From Nitrospirota bacterium (lineage in GTDB: Bacteria; Nitrospirota; UBA9217): DNA of 64,000 bases. Position numbers and translations under genes: made by a program. Positions 10,232-20,603 of this stretch are shown piece by piece. The notes beneath the pieces are model-generated. The model did no database searches. It was given only the letters and a program-made list of their open reading frames with translations, and was not told the origin of the DNA. The DNA lies in the NCBI GenBank assembly GCA_035625205.1, contig DASPQB010000213.1:10-64009 (forward strand), read 5' to 3'. How positions within the stretch are numbered: position 1 is the stretch's first letter; each line of letters begins with the position of its first letter.

Positions 10232-12265
10232 TTGATTGCCGAAAAAGCTTTACCGGTGCTCTTATCTGAAATTTTATTCGAGAATTTACGTGTGAAAAAG
10301 TTCAACCGCTTTCTACTCCATTTCCTGAGAGACGCCAAGCTATGGTTGTCCTTCATGGTCTATCTAACCCTGTTCAGGATCTCGTTCATCTTCTACTTTC
10401 GGAATAGGATACAACCGGATACCAACTACTCCGCTATTGCTTTTTCTGTGCTGAACGGCTGCCGATTTGACTCCATGGCGGCCACCTGCTGGTTCGCCCT
10501 TTCCTTTCTGGCAAGTATTCTGCTTGTATCTTTTGATGCTGACCGGACTGCCGATCGCATTCGCGCGATCACCGGCGCTGCCTTCATTATTGTTACTACC
10601 ATCGCCTGGGTGGTGACGTTCGGCTATTTTAACGAATATAACGACCAGTTCAATTATGTGCTCTTCAATCTGTACTATGACGACACGGCGGCGATCTTTA
10701 AAACGATCTGGGCCGACTATCATCCCCTGATTTACCTTTTTATCATCGGCGGTGCATCCACGCTGGCTATTACCCTTCAAAAAAGGTTTATGCAAAGGCA
10801 CCTTATAACACCGGATACGATAACGGAACGCCGGTTTACACCCCTCACCGGCATTATGATCGCACTCGGTATTGTAGCACTGGTCGTGGCGGCTGCACGT
10901 GGTTCTGTCGGTCTGCGTCCGGCGCAGCGCAAGGATATCGCAGTTACGAGGGATATATTCCTGAATCAATCGGTCGTGAACCCCTATTTCTCTCTGCTTT
11001 TTGCCGTGGAGGACCACCGAGATGCGGCAGGATATGCGGGGCTGGAAACTTTTTTGCCAGACGGCAACGTCCGGAAAGCGGTGAAGGCGCTTTTCCACAC
11101 CAACCAATCCTCTGACAATCTCGATACTTATTTCCTCAGGCATGCCCAGGGACCCAAAGGCGTTCCGCCACGCCACATTTTCCTCGTGGTCATGGAAAGC
11201 TATGATGAGTGGCCATTTCTGAAGAAGTATGCATCTTTGGGCGTAACGCAAAACCTGAAAGTGCTGGCGCAGAAAGGTCTCTCCTTTGACACCTTCTTGC
11301 CCGCTTCAGGCGGTACCATGCAGTCTCTCAGCACGATCATCACGGGTTTTCCCTATTCTCGCGTGGAGATCAATTACCAGGTGACGGCTCGCAAGCCTTA
11401 TCCCTCATCCATTGCGGAAACCTTTAAGCGCTTGGGCTACCGGACTCGCCTGTTCTACGGCGGCTATCTGAGTTGGCAGCGGTTTGGCGATTTCGCCCAT
11501 GATCAGGGCTTCGAGGAGATTTACGGCGCGCCACATATGTTGAAGCCGGGCGTTACACCCCACGAGTGGGGCGTGGACGACGAGTATCTTGTTGACTTTA
11601 TAGTCAACACGGTAAATGACGACAAACCGAGCTTCGATCTCATCATGACGACAAGTTACCATCCACCATACAATATCGATGTGTGGGCAAAGGGTTTTCC
11701 ATTAAAAGAAGTGCCGGACGATATCAAACCCATTTTTGATGGCACGACGAGCCTCACGATGCTTGGCCACCTGTGGTATGCGGACAAGTGTCTCGGTGAT
11801 CTCGTCCAGAGGCTCGAAGCGAAACTTTCGCGTCCGCTCTTCGCGTTTACAGGGGATCATTTCGGCCGCAAGTTCATCAATGCGAAGCCGGACTTTTTCG
11901 AACGCTCCGGTGTCCCCTTTATTCTGTATGGTAAGGAGGTTCTCCGGGGCGTCAAGATTCCTAAAGGCGCCGTCGGCGCTCACCTTGACATCCCTCCCAC
12001 ACTTATAGAACTCACCGCTCCGAAGGGTTTTGAGTATTATTCGGTGGGACAGGACCTCCTGACGCCGCGGAGTCAATTTCTCGGTATCGGTTTTTTCAGG
12101 GTCATCGGCAAGGACTTCCTGCTTGACGTGGTGGAGTCGAAGTTTTGTCCGCTTCCCGGCAAAGAACTGCCGAATAAGCTCCCGGATATGGAGGAACTGA
12201 AGACAACCTTCAATCGCGCGTACGGAGTCGGCTGGTGGCGGGTAAGAATGGGTGACAAGCTGTAA
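10232..12265 (+). CDS. LTA-synthase/sulfatase-family membrane protein (phosphoglycerol or phosphoethanolamine transferase-like)
   Basis: Multi-transmembrane N-terminus followed by a sulfatase-like domain (VMESYDEW ... TSYHPPY). The start is uncertain: the track start is a TTG, and an internal ATG at about 10355 is possible. Confidence 0.7.
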   Translation: MIAEKALPVLLSEILFENLRVKKFNRFLLHFLRDAKLWLSFMVYLTLFRISFIFYFRNRIQPDTNYSAIAFSVLNGCRFDSMAATCWFALSFLASILLVSFDADRTADRIRAITGAAFIIVTTIAWVVTFGYFNEYNDQFNYVLFNLYYDDTAAIFKTIWADYHPLIYLFIIGGASTLAITLQKRFMQRHLITPDTITERRFTPLTGIMIALGIVALVVAAARGSVGLRPAQRKDIAVTRDIFLNQSVVNPYFSLLFAVEDHRDAAGYAGLETFLPDGNVRKAVKALFHTNQSSDNLDTYFLRHAQGPKGVPPRHIFLVVMESYDEWPFLKKYASLGVTQNLKVLAQKGLSFDTFLPASGGTMQSLSTIITGFPYSRVEINYQVTARKPYPSSIAETFKRLGYRTRLFYGGYLSWQRFGDFAHDQGFEEIYGAPHMLKPGVTPHEWGVDDEYLVDFIVNTVNDDKPSFDLIMTTSYHPPYNIDVWAKGFPLKEVPDDIKPIFDGTTSLTMLGHLWYADKCLGDLVQRLEAKLSRPLFAFTGDHFGRKFINAKPDFFERSGVPFILYGKEVLRGVKIPKGAVGAHLDIPPTLIELTAPKGFEYYSVGQDLLTPRSQFLGIGFFRVIGKDFLLDVVESKFCPLPGKELPNKLPDMEELKTTFNRAYGVGWWRVRMGDKL

Positions 12266-12288
12266 TTTTATCGGCCTGCATAGACTGC

Positions 12289-12323
12289 AAAAAAGGCCCG
12301 AACCAGCGGTTCGGGCCTTTTTT
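12289..12323. terminator. Bidirectional rho-independent terminator between two convergent genes
   Basis: AAAAAA-GGCCCGAACC-agc-GGTTCGGGCC-TTTTTT: a perfect 10 bp GC-rich stem flanked by an A-run and a T-run, lying between the 12265 (+) and 12337 (-) gene ends. Confidence 0.65.
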
Positions 12324-12336
12324 CAAGAGGTCCTTG

Positions 12337-12867
12337 TTACTTCAGTACAGACAGCTGCTTGATCGTCTGTTTGATCTCATTTGCGTCTGGTGCATTGGGC
12401 ATGATCTCGAGGTATTTCTGAAACTCTTTGACCGCATCCTTGGGCTTGTGCAGATCGTTTGCAAGAACCACGCCGAGGTTGCGGTGACCATTGGGAAAGT
12501 TCGGGTCGATCTTGAGCGCCTTCCGGTATTCCTCGACCGCCTTGTCGAAGTTGCGCACACCTCGGTAGCAGGTCCCTAAATCTACGCGCACACTGACGTT
12601 CTTTGGATCAAGGGCAAGCGCTTTCTGATACGCTTCGATAGCCTCGCTGTAGCGCTGGGTGTCCATCAGCGAATTCCCAAAATTGATCCAGACTTCTTTG
12701 CTCTTGGGCGATGTCTTGGTTGCCTGCTCGAGCTGGTTCATTTCCAACGGCGAAGGGCCGGTCTGCGGCACATAGGACGTCTGGCTTTTTTCTTCCTTGT
12801 GCTGCTGGCATCCCACGACGCTGAACAGCAAAACCAGTATGGTCATGATGCTAGTGATGTTCTTCAT
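12337..12867 (-). CDS. TPR-repeat lipoprotein
   Basis: Signal peptide ending in a lipobox (LLFSVVGC), then tetratricopeptide repeats. Confidence 0.7.
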   Translation of the reverse strand: MKNITSIMTILVLLFSVVGCQQHKEEKSQTSYVPQTGPSPLEMNQLEQATKTSPKSKEVWINFGNSLMDTQRYSEAIEAYQKALALDPKNVSVRVDLGTCYRGVRNFDKAVEEYRKALKIDPNFPNGHRNLGVVLANDLHKPKDAVKEFQKYLEIMPNAPDANEIKQTIKQLSVLK

Positions 12868-12952
12868 GGTTCCTCCCGTGATTACTTGGCATTCAAGCGG
12901 CCCTCTTAAACTCGCGACACGTCTAGCCCACGTCCCAACTTGCTCCCGTCCT

Positions 12953-13273
12953 TTATCCTTTCATGAATGAGCAGCAATAGTCCGTCACTTTCCTTACTTT
13001 CAATTTAAACTTTGAGTTAGCCGCAACCTCGAAGGACTGCCCCCCCTGAATGAGCTTCCAGCTGGTTTCGCCGGGCAGAAGCACTTCAAGATCACCGGAC
13101 AATATTTCCATGAGCTCCTTGTCCGCGGTACCGAACTCGAATTCTCCAGGCAGCATCACACCGAGGGTCTTCTTTGCCCCGTCAGCAAACAGCACCGTCC
13201 TGCTTGTCACTTTTCCCTCGAAATAAACGTTTGCCTCACGTATTACCGTTACCCCCTTAAATTCAGACATCAT
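12953..13273 (-). CDS. ppnP: Pyrimidine/purine nucleoside phosphorylase PpnP (DUF1255, YaiE family)
   Basis: [27 protein letters not shown]...[18 protein letters not shown] matches the approximately 95 aa YaiE cupin family. The start ATGATG at 13273 has an AGGAAAGGGG ribosome-binding site; the ORF-track start at 13471 is an extension. Confidence 0.75.
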   Translation of the reverse strand: MMSEFKGVTVIREANVYFEGKVTSRTVLFADGAKKTLGVMLPGEFEFGTADKELMEILSGDLEVLLPGETSWKLIQGGQSFEVAANSKFKLKVRKVTDYCCSFMKG

Positions 13274-14192
13274 GCACCCCTTTCCTGATATGGCATATAC
13301 AGGCCTTCCGGCCGGATCCCGGGACATTTGTACCGTCTTTTTTACACTGTATAGCGGGAAAATGTCAATGACAAAAAAATGATCGAAATTTGAAGCAGCT
13401 TTTTTTGCCTTCGTATCGTCCGGGAGGCCACTCTGACAGCCAGGTAGCAGCATTGGCCCGTTCCTTGACATTGATATTCACAGGATATAAATTTTATGTA
13501 AGGCCGATTTTCACTCTACCGAGTTCAGATTTGCCGAACAGCACCACTACTCATAACAAAGTATTCTTTTTAGTTTTCGGCCGTCGAAATCATGGTGCTT
13601 CATTCGCATTTATCCAGGAAGGAGTCCTGCGGTGGTCCAGCGGCGCGGCCACTGCTTCTCCCTGCCGCAGCGACGAAAGCATTCTTGACATCATCCTTGT
13701 CAGGAAGAACGCCGTTCCTAGCAGCCTAACTTGGTACGAGGCTCTGCTTAGGAAAACCGTAGCGTGATTCTATTTAAAGTGATATCGACGCGCGGTGGTC
13801 TTACAAGGAAGCGTTGCATTCCCGTGTCGACCGGCAACAAGATGGTAGCGCACCGCATCGACCTCTCATGCGCCAGCGAAGGCTGAGCAGTCCAAGAACA
13901 GCATCGTGATCCTCGAGGATGTGAACATTGTCACTGGACGGTAAATGATGCGCTTGAAACAGTGAAAGAAGCGAAATTTGTAAAATTGGTCCTGGCCTTG
14001 CCAACGGCTCCCGGGGGACACCATCTTGGAGTTACATTCCATGGTTGCTGCATAGAACGCTGCCTCGGCGTTCCTACTGAATGCATTGTTATAAGCGGGT
14101 ACTGCCGGGATTTCGAGCGAGTCTACGACGAAATAGCGGTGGACGTGCTGAACAAATCCGTTGCGGAATCTTCGTGATGAGGAGCTGTTATC

Positions 14193-15179
14193 ATGAGACT
14201 ACTTCTTGTCGGCGATATTATGTTCGGCAGATTAGTAAATGAAACCTTGAAAAGCATGCCGCCGACGTATCCCTGGGGCAATACCCTGCCCCTGTTCAGG
14301 GCAAGCGACCTGCGCATCGGCAATCTTGAATGCGTCCTCTCAGACCGCGGCGCGCCTTGGGACCGCACCCCGAAAACCTTCCATTTCAGAACCGATGCAA
14401 AAAATAAGGAATGTCTGAAAGCGGCCGGCTTCAATTTTCTGTCCCTTGCGAACAACCACACGCTTGATTATGAGTATGAGGCCCTTCTTGACATGCTTGC
14501 TCTCCTGGATACAGCAGGTGTCCGCCATGGAGGCGCAGGGGCTGATTTAACCCAGGCCTCACAACCCGCTCTGCTCAGTGCAGGCGGAACCACCACGGCC
14601 TTTATCGCGTTTACCGACAACGAGCCGGACTGGGAAGCTACGGATCAGCGAGCGGGCATCCATTTCGTTCCCCTCGACCTGACCGATGAACGGGCCGTGC
14701 ATCTTTTCGACCTTATCAGAGAAGCAAAGACCAAGGCTGATCTCGTAATCGTAACAGCCCACTGGGGATCGAACTGGGGATACCAGCCGGAGCCCGAGCA
14801 TGTTCCCTTCGCGCGGATGCTCGTCGATAGCGGAGCAGACATCGTGCTCGGCCACTCATGCCACGTTTTTCGGGGGATAGAAATCTACAGAGAGCGTTTG
14901 ATCCTGTACAGCACGGGCGATTTCGTTGACGACTATGCAGTCGACCAGATTGAGAGAAATGATGAATCATTCATCTTCGTCGTTGAAACTGAAGGCAGCC
15001 GCATTACCGGTCTCACACTCCATCCCACGGTGATCAGTCACATGCAGGCTCGACTCGCGAGTCCCCGCGATGCCGTTGTTATTGCCGGCCGGATGCAGCG
15101 GCTGTGTGATAGGCTTGGAACCCAGTCGCGGTGGGATGAAGCGAAGCGGTGTCTTGAGATTTTTATAAAAAAAGAATAG
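14193..15179 (+). CDS. CapA-family metallophosphatase (poly-gamma-glutamate synthesis protein-like)
   Basis: 328 aa ORF with the MRLLLVGDIMFGR N-terminus and HWG and GHS regions typical of CapA/PgsA; GAGGAG ribosome-binding site. Confidence 0.75.
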   Translation: MRLLLVGDIMFGRLVNETLKSMPPTYPWGNTLPLFRASDLRIGNLECVLSDRGAPWDRTPKTFHFRTDAKNKECLKAAGFNFLSLANNHTLDYEYEALLDMLALLDTAGVRHGGAGADLTQASQPALLSAGGTTTAFIAFTDNEPDWEATDQRAGIHFVPLDLTDERAVHLFDLIREAKTKADLVIVTAHWGSNWGYQPEPEHVPFARMLVDSGADIVLGHSCHVFRGIEIYRERLILYSTGDFVDDYAVDQIERNDESFIFVVETEGSRITGLTLHPTVISHMQARLASPRDAVVIAGRMQRLCDRLGTQSRWDEAKRCLEIFIKKE

Positions 15180-15370
15180 AATAACTTGAAGAGCGATGCT
15201 GACAGTAACCAAAGTTACACACAGGTTAAATCAAACCAATAAAAAGACATCGCTCCGTGAGTGCTTTGAGACATCCGTGATAATCCGTTTCGATCCATGG
15301 CCACCTTCCGTTTGAGATGAGGTCCTTTTCCAGGTTTAACTATGTTCATCCCCGGTTTCATGAATTTGCC

Positions 15371-17053
15371 TTACCTCGTTAAATGACGGTACTTGATGCG
15401 GTGCGGTTGGTCCGCATCGGCTCCGAGCCGTGCCTTGCGGTCTGCCTCATATTCTGAATAGTTCCCATCGAAGAAGGCGACTTTGCTCTCGCCTTCAAAT
15501 GCCAGGATGTGCGTGGCAATGCGATCAAGGAACCAGCGGTCGTGGCTGATCACGACTGCACAGCCGGCAAAGTTCTCGAGTCCTTCCTCAAGCGCCCGCA
15601 TGGTATTCACATCGAGGTCGTTCGTAGGCTCGTCGAGGAGTAGCACGTTCGCTTCTTCCTTCAGGATGCGGGCAAGGTGTACCCGGTTCCGCTCCCCGCC
15701 GGAGAGAACACCGACCTTCTTCTGCTGGTCCGTGCCGCTGAAATTGAACCGCGATACATAGGCTCGTGAGTTCATCAAGGTCTTTGCCAGCTGGACCTGC
15801 TCCTGGCCATTCGTGATCACCTGCCAAATCGTCTTGTTCGGGTCGAGGGAGTCGCGGCTCTGATCAACGTACCCCAGCTTCACGGTCTCGCCAATTCTAA
15901 TCGTTCCCCTGTCCGGCTTGTCCTGACCTGTGATCATACGGAAGAGCGTCGTCTTGCCCGCGCCGTTCGGCCCGATTACGCCCACGATGCCGCCGGGGGG
16001 GAGCATGAAGCTCATGTTATCGATAAGGATGTTATCGCCAAATGCCTTGGTCACGTTCTCGGCTTCAATCACGACCTTGCCGAGCCGCGGGCCCGGGGGA
16101 ATGTAAATTTCCAGCTCCTTTGCGCGCTTTTCTCCCTGTTGGGAGAGGAGCGTTTCGTAGGAGTTGATGCGCGCCTTGGATTTAGCATGCCTTCCCTTGG
16201 GTGACATCCTTATCCACTCGAGTTCACGCTGGAGGGTCTTCTGGCGCTCGCTCTCCGACTTTTCTTCCTGCTTCAATCGCTCACCCTTTTGTTCGAGCCA
16301 TGACGAGTAGTTCCCTTTCCAGGGGATCCCCTGGCCGCGGTCGAGTTCCAGGATCCAGCCGGCGACATTATCGAGAAAGTAGCGATCGTGGGTCACAGCA
16401 ATGACCGTGCCTTCGTACTTCTGGAGGTGATGCTCCAGCCATGCCACGGACTCAGCATCCAGGTGGTTCGTGGGTTCGTCGAGCAGGAGGATGTCTGGTT
16501 TCTGAAGAAGGAGCCGGCAGAGTGCAACGCGCCGCTTTTCGCCGCCGGAAAGGACCTTGACGAGCGCATCACCGGCAGGACAGCGCAGGGCGTCCATGGC
16601 CATCTCGAGGCGACTGTCCAGCTCCCAGGCGTTCTGATGATCAAGCTTCTCTTGCACTTCGCCCTGCCGCTCTATCAGCTGCTGCATTTCGGTGTCCGAC
16701 AGAGGGTTGGCAAAGGACTCGTTAATCTTGTTGTATTCCGCGAGTAGGTCCACCGTCTCTTGTACTCCCTCTTCAACGATCTGGCGGACGGTCTTGGCAG
16801 GATCGAGTTTCGGCTCCTGCTCGAGCATGCCGACGGAGTAGCCCGGCGATAGCACGGCCTCTCCCACATACTCCTTGTCTTGGCCTGCCATGATCTTGAG
16901 CAGCGAACTCTTTCCTGAGCCGTTCAGGCCGAGCACGCCGATCTTTGCGCCGTAGAAGTAAGAAAGGTAGATGTCCTTCAGAACCGGCTTTTTGTCATAG
17001 AACTTTCCGACTCCGACCATGGAATAGATTATTTTGTTTGGTTCCACCGCCAT
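15371..17053 (-). CDS. ettA: Energy-dependent translational throttle protein EttA (ABC-F ATPase)
   Basis: 560 aa ORF matching EttA/YjjK along its whole length ([19 protein letters not shown] ..., two ABC cassettes, arm-domain insertion). Confidence 0.9.
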   Translation of the reverse strand: MAVEPNKIIYSMVGVGKFYDKKPVLKDIYLSYFYGAKIGVLGLNGSGKSSLLKIMAGQDKEYVGEAVLSPGYSVGMLEQEPKLDPAKTVRQIVEEGVQETVDLLAEYNKINESFANPLSDTEMQQLIERQGEVQEKLDHQNAWELDSRLEMAMDALRCPAGDALVKVLSGGEKRRVALCRLLLQKPDILLLDEPTNHLDAESVAWLEHHLQKYEGTVIAVTHDRYFLDNVAGWILELDRGQGIPWKGNYSSWLEQKGERLKQEEKSESERQKTLQRELEWIRMSPKGRHAKSKARINSYETLLSQQGEKRAKELEIYIPPGPRLGKVVIEAENVTKAFGDNILIDNMSFMLPPGGIVGVIGPNGAGKTTLFRMITGQDKPDRGTIRIGETVKLGYVDQSRDSLDPNKTIWQVITNGQEQVQLAKTLMNSRAYVSRFNFSGTDQQKKVGVLSGGERNRVHLARILKEEANVLLLDEPTNDLDVNTMRALEEGLENFAGCAVVISHDRWFLDRIATHILAFEGESKVAFFDGNYSEYEADRKARLGADADQPHRIKYRHLTR

Positions 17054-17179
17054 AAGATTTTTTAAACCTCCGCAAAAAAGTGCGCTCTTCTGTATGCCGT
17101 CTTTTAGCCAATTTTAATATCGGAGATGTCGATTTGTCATGCTGAGAAAGCGTCCGCCACGGCAGTATCATTTCAGATT

Positions 17180-18040
17180 TTAAGATAGAATGGCGCTGAT
17201 ATCTTTACTGTCATAGGTTTCTCTCCTCCACCGGTACGGCAGGTCGATGATCGTTCCCGGCGCACGTATCGTGGTAAGCGCCCGGAACGCTTCCGCAAGG
17301 ACGATCCGCTGCTGTGCTCTGTTAAAGGGTTCTCCTAAAGGATGGCCGAAGGGCCATCTCAGGTAAATGGTCCTCGGCGGTTTGACCATCTCCGAGTATG
17401 CCCGTACGATCGATATGCCGACCGTCGGGACCCCTGCGTTCTCTATTTCCCTCTGTATCAATCCTACTGATTGATTGCAAATTCCTCAGCCGGGCGTCAA
17501 GAGAACGACATCGACGCCCGCTTTTTTCAAACTCCTTGCAACCTCGGACGCACTCTTATGAATCAGCGTGGGAATATTTCGGCCGGTTATATGTCCCATG
17601 AATCCGTAGTGCAGGTCGGCAACATGCCCGATGCGGCCTTCTTGCTCGAATTCTCTCAGCCGTTCAAGAGGAAAAACGATGTTGATATCTCTATCGGCAT
17701 CGGAGTGATCATAATAGTCGTGAGTAATCATGAGACTTAAAAGAGGTTTCCTGTAATCGATGACCCTGAAAGACGGATCGCCCTCATGATCCTTCATATC
17801 GAATGGTTTCTGTTCACGGTGATGAACACCGGCTGTTGTCACGAGTGCGACGGTAGATGTGGCGAGCGCTTTCGTCACCGGGGTCCAGGGAATATCGACG
17901 GATTTCCACGGTTCGTAGGATGCTGTAAGCCTCTCGGCGAGCGAAGGAAACCGGGCGATCACTTTTGCAATGAATTGATTTTTCAATCTTCTGAAACTCA
18001 TGGTTCCTGTGCTCCTGATCTGGATGCGCCGAAGCCACAT
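17180..18040 (-). CDS. Putative selenoprotein of the glycine/sarcosine/betaine/D-proline reductase protein B family (GrdB/PrdB-like); the in-frame TGA at 17486-17488 is read as selenocysteine
   Basis: Track ORFs 17486..18040 and 17180..17461 are in the same frame, separated only by TGA plus 8 sense codons. The joined sequence is ...VDVVLLTPG-U-GICNQSVGLIQREIENAGVPTVGISIV, which resembles the Sec region of GrdB/PrdB. A short hairpin lies immediately downstream of the UGA. Confidence 0.5.
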
Positions 18041-18697
18041 CTTGTTGAATCACCGTCCCAGGAAGAAAGGGCACACGGTTAAACGCACAGGAGAGCGCCG
18101 GTTTTCAAGCCACAGGAGCAAAAACCACTGGACCACCAAGGCTCGCTCCATTCATGTCAATTCTTAGAATCACACGTATACTTCAATTGAGCCCTATCGG
18201 GACTCTTTATAACAGCAGGTTAAGCGAGACCACGACAGAGGCATCGAATACCGCCTCTCCTCGGCATTATGATAAGCCGCTTTTCCTCGATACCCGCAAT
18301 TTTGCTGTGACGAGCTATCCGGTGCTCGGGTCGATTTTTTTGCTTTTTGAGGAAAACCGCTCAGCAATCGGGTACAAGCCATCAGATACGGGATCGCAAG
18401 CTGGTTCCTGGCTGGAATTGTCTATCCTGAAGCCACTCTCACGTGACTGAAACCCGACCTGTCCCGCCAGGTCAACACCCTTCTTGATTTCTGTTTGCCA
18501 TAACACGACTGAAACCCGGAAATAACACCGGCGTTATCCATCCATTTCATGCGATCAAAATTGTCATCTGAAAACCATCGGACCTTCCCCTCGCCTGGAT
18601 ATTTCCGAGTATACGATGCTTGTAGCCGCGGTGTTCCGATCAGCAATTGGCCTGCGTGACAATCTTTGGTTCGCGTCTGTTGCCTCACGGGACTGCT

Positions 18698-19618
18698 CTA
18701 TTCCTTCAACATCTCCTCGATTGTAATTTTGACCGAGTCGGAGAGGGCCGGACGATGATAGCCCCCTTCGAGCGCGAACACTGCGGGACGAGAGGCACAG
18801 GATTGCAAGATACTGTGCACAATGCTGCGGATGCCTTCGTTCGAGACCCGTATATTGGTGTACACGTCGTTGACATGAATATCGTACCCTGCTGACACCA
18901 GGACGATGTCCGGCTGGAAGCGTTGAATCAGCCCCGGCAGAATATCCTGATATACCATGAGATACTCTTTGTTTCCCGAGCCGGACTGGATCGGGACATT
19001 GTAGGTAAATCCCGATCCCTTACCCTTCCCGCGTTCCATATCTTTGCCAGTATCGGGATAGTACGGATGCTGGTGCGTACTGAAGTAGAAGACGCTATCG
19101 TCTTCTTCAAAGATATGCTGAGTTCCGTTTCCGTGGTGGGCGTCGAAATCGATGATGAATACACTCTGGTAACCGATAGACTGCGCGTAGCGCGCCCCGA
19201 TCGCGATGTTATTAAAAATGCAGAACCCCATGGCCTGGTCCGTCTCGGCATGATGCCCGGGAGGCCGGATTGCGCAGAATGCACGTTCGATTTCGTTTTT
19301 TTTGCACAGCTCAATCGCCTCCATGACTGCACCGGCAGCATGAAGCGCAGCCTCGAAACTACCTTCCGACATATAGGTGTCTGGATCGAGTTCTCCAGCT
19401 CCAAAGTTTTTTATTTTTTCTATATAATCGCGTGTGTGGACACGGGCGAGATCAGTGCAGGTCGCGCTACGCGGCGTGACGGGAATCAGCTTCGGCCAAA
19501 GGCCCGATGCCTTGAGCGTGACAATGATGTTGATGATCCGGTCCGCTAAATCAGGATGCCAAACCGGCGGTTCATGGTGAAGGCAGATTTCATCAAAGGC
19601 AAAACCGACTTTTTTCAT
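18698..19618 (-). CDS. Histone deacetylase / acetoin utilisation (AcuC)-family deacetylase
   Basis: 306 aa ORF with RPPGHHA, DFDAHHGNG and YHRP-type motifs typical of Zn-dependent HDAC-fold enzymes. Confidence 0.85.
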   Translation of the reverse strand: MKKVGFAFDEICLHHEPPVWHPDLADRIINIIVTLKASGLWPKLIPVTPRSATCTDLARVHTRDYIEKIKNFGAGELDPDTYMSEGSFEAALHAAGAVMEAIELCKKNEIERAFCAIRPPGHHAETDQAMGFCIFNNIAIGARYAQSIGYQSVFIIDFDAHHGNGTQHIFEEDDSVFYFSTHQHPYYPDTGKDMERGKGKGSGFTYNVPIQSGSGNKEYLMVYQDILPGLIQRFQPDIVLVSAGYDIHVNDVYTNIRVSNEGIRSIVHSILQSCASRPAVFALEGGYHRPALSDSVKITIEEMLKE

Positions 19619-19783
19619 GGGGATAGATTATCCCTTCGCGGGGCCGAACTCGTGTGGTAGCCCTCTTCCCAGGGCAGCTCCTGAGGGCCACCCTTAAAGG
19701 ATAAAGATGTTCCAGATTGTAACGCACGCCCACCGTTAAAGCATGAGGGGGTCCCGCGCAGTGTTCTTAAACAACGCGCTCAG

Positions 19784-20518
19784 CTACTTCTTACCGCACG
19801 TCGGGCAATCGGGGTCTTTCCGGATCTTGAACTTCTGGAAGCTGGTAGTGGCCCCTTCCCAGACGAGGAGTTGCCCTTTGATGTTCGAGCCGATTCCGGA
19901 AAGGTACTTCAAGGTCTCCAGGGCCTGGAGCGAACCAACAACCGCCGGTGTGACACCGAGCACGGGAAAAACTTCCTTCGGCGGAGCTTCCGGAAAGAGA
20001 CACCGCAAGCAAGGTGTTTCCGGCGACTGAATAAAAGAGAGCCTTCCGTCGATGCCCCAGATGCTGCCGTACACGAGGGGAATCTTTTTTCTGATAGCGC
20101 ACTCGTTCAACAGGAACCGGGTCGGGAAATTGTCCATGCAGTCAAGGATTATATTAGCGTCGCCTACCAGTTCGTCAACGTTCTCATCCATGATCTTGTC
20201 GGTGAAGGCAGTGATCGAGATTTCCGGGTTGAATCGCTCGAGGGTCATCTTGCCCGAGACGGCCTTGTTCGTGCCGATTCGCGTGTGATCGTGCAGGATC
20301 TGGCGGTTCAGATTTGACCAGTCCGGGGAATCAAAGTCGCAGATCCGTATGTTGCCCACGCCTGCCACAGCGAGGTAGATCGAAACAGGCGAACCCAGCC
20401 CGCCTGCTCCAGCGATAAAGACCGTGGATTTCTTGATCCTCTCCTGGGTGGCTTCACCCCACCCTTCCATCATCATTTGCCTCGTGTAGCGCTTCTGTTC
20501 CGTTTCAGAAAGACTCAT
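19784..20518 (-). CDS. ThiF/MoeB/HesA-family E1-like adenylyltransferase
   Basis: GAGGLGS nucleotide-binding motif and two CxxC pairs (CLRC ... CPTC); 244 aa with no rhodanese domain. GGGGAGGA ribosome-binding site. Confidence 0.85.
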   Translation of the reverse strand: MSLSETEQKRYTRQMMMEGWGEATQERIKKSTVFIAGAGGLGSPVSIYLAVAGVGNIRICDFDSPDWSNLNRQILHDHTRIGTNKAVSGKMTLERFNPEISITAFTDKIMDENVDELVGDANIILDCMDNFPTRFLLNECAIRKKIPLVYGSIWGIDGRLSFIQSPETPCLRCLFPEAPPKEVFPVLGVTPAVVGSLQALETLKYLSGIGSNIKGQLLVWEGATTSFQKFKIRKDPDCPTCGKK

Positions 20519-20603
20519 GCAATCCTCCCCTTCCCCTCCCCATGACTGCGCATGGACATAAGGGCTAATTATATCCCGTCGGATTTGTTTTTATCAAGTA
20601 TTT

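Noticed and set aside
10364-11251. 295 aa ORF antisense to the LTA-synthase-like gene
   Set aside because: No motifs, while the sense strand encodes a coherent transmembrane plus sulfatase protein.
15180-15260. Possible terminator for ettA (GAGCGATG ... CATCGCTC stem followed by T-run on the minus strand)
   Set aside because: The stem halves are about 50 nt apart and the T-run overlaps the capA coding end. This is too weak to call a terminator.
18440-18520. Possible CRISPR-like array, based on a GACTGAAACCCG repeat ending in a GAAAC-like motif
   Set aside because: There are only two copies, 16-17 nt long, with a 61 bp spacing and no further units and no cas genes. This is not a CRISPR array.
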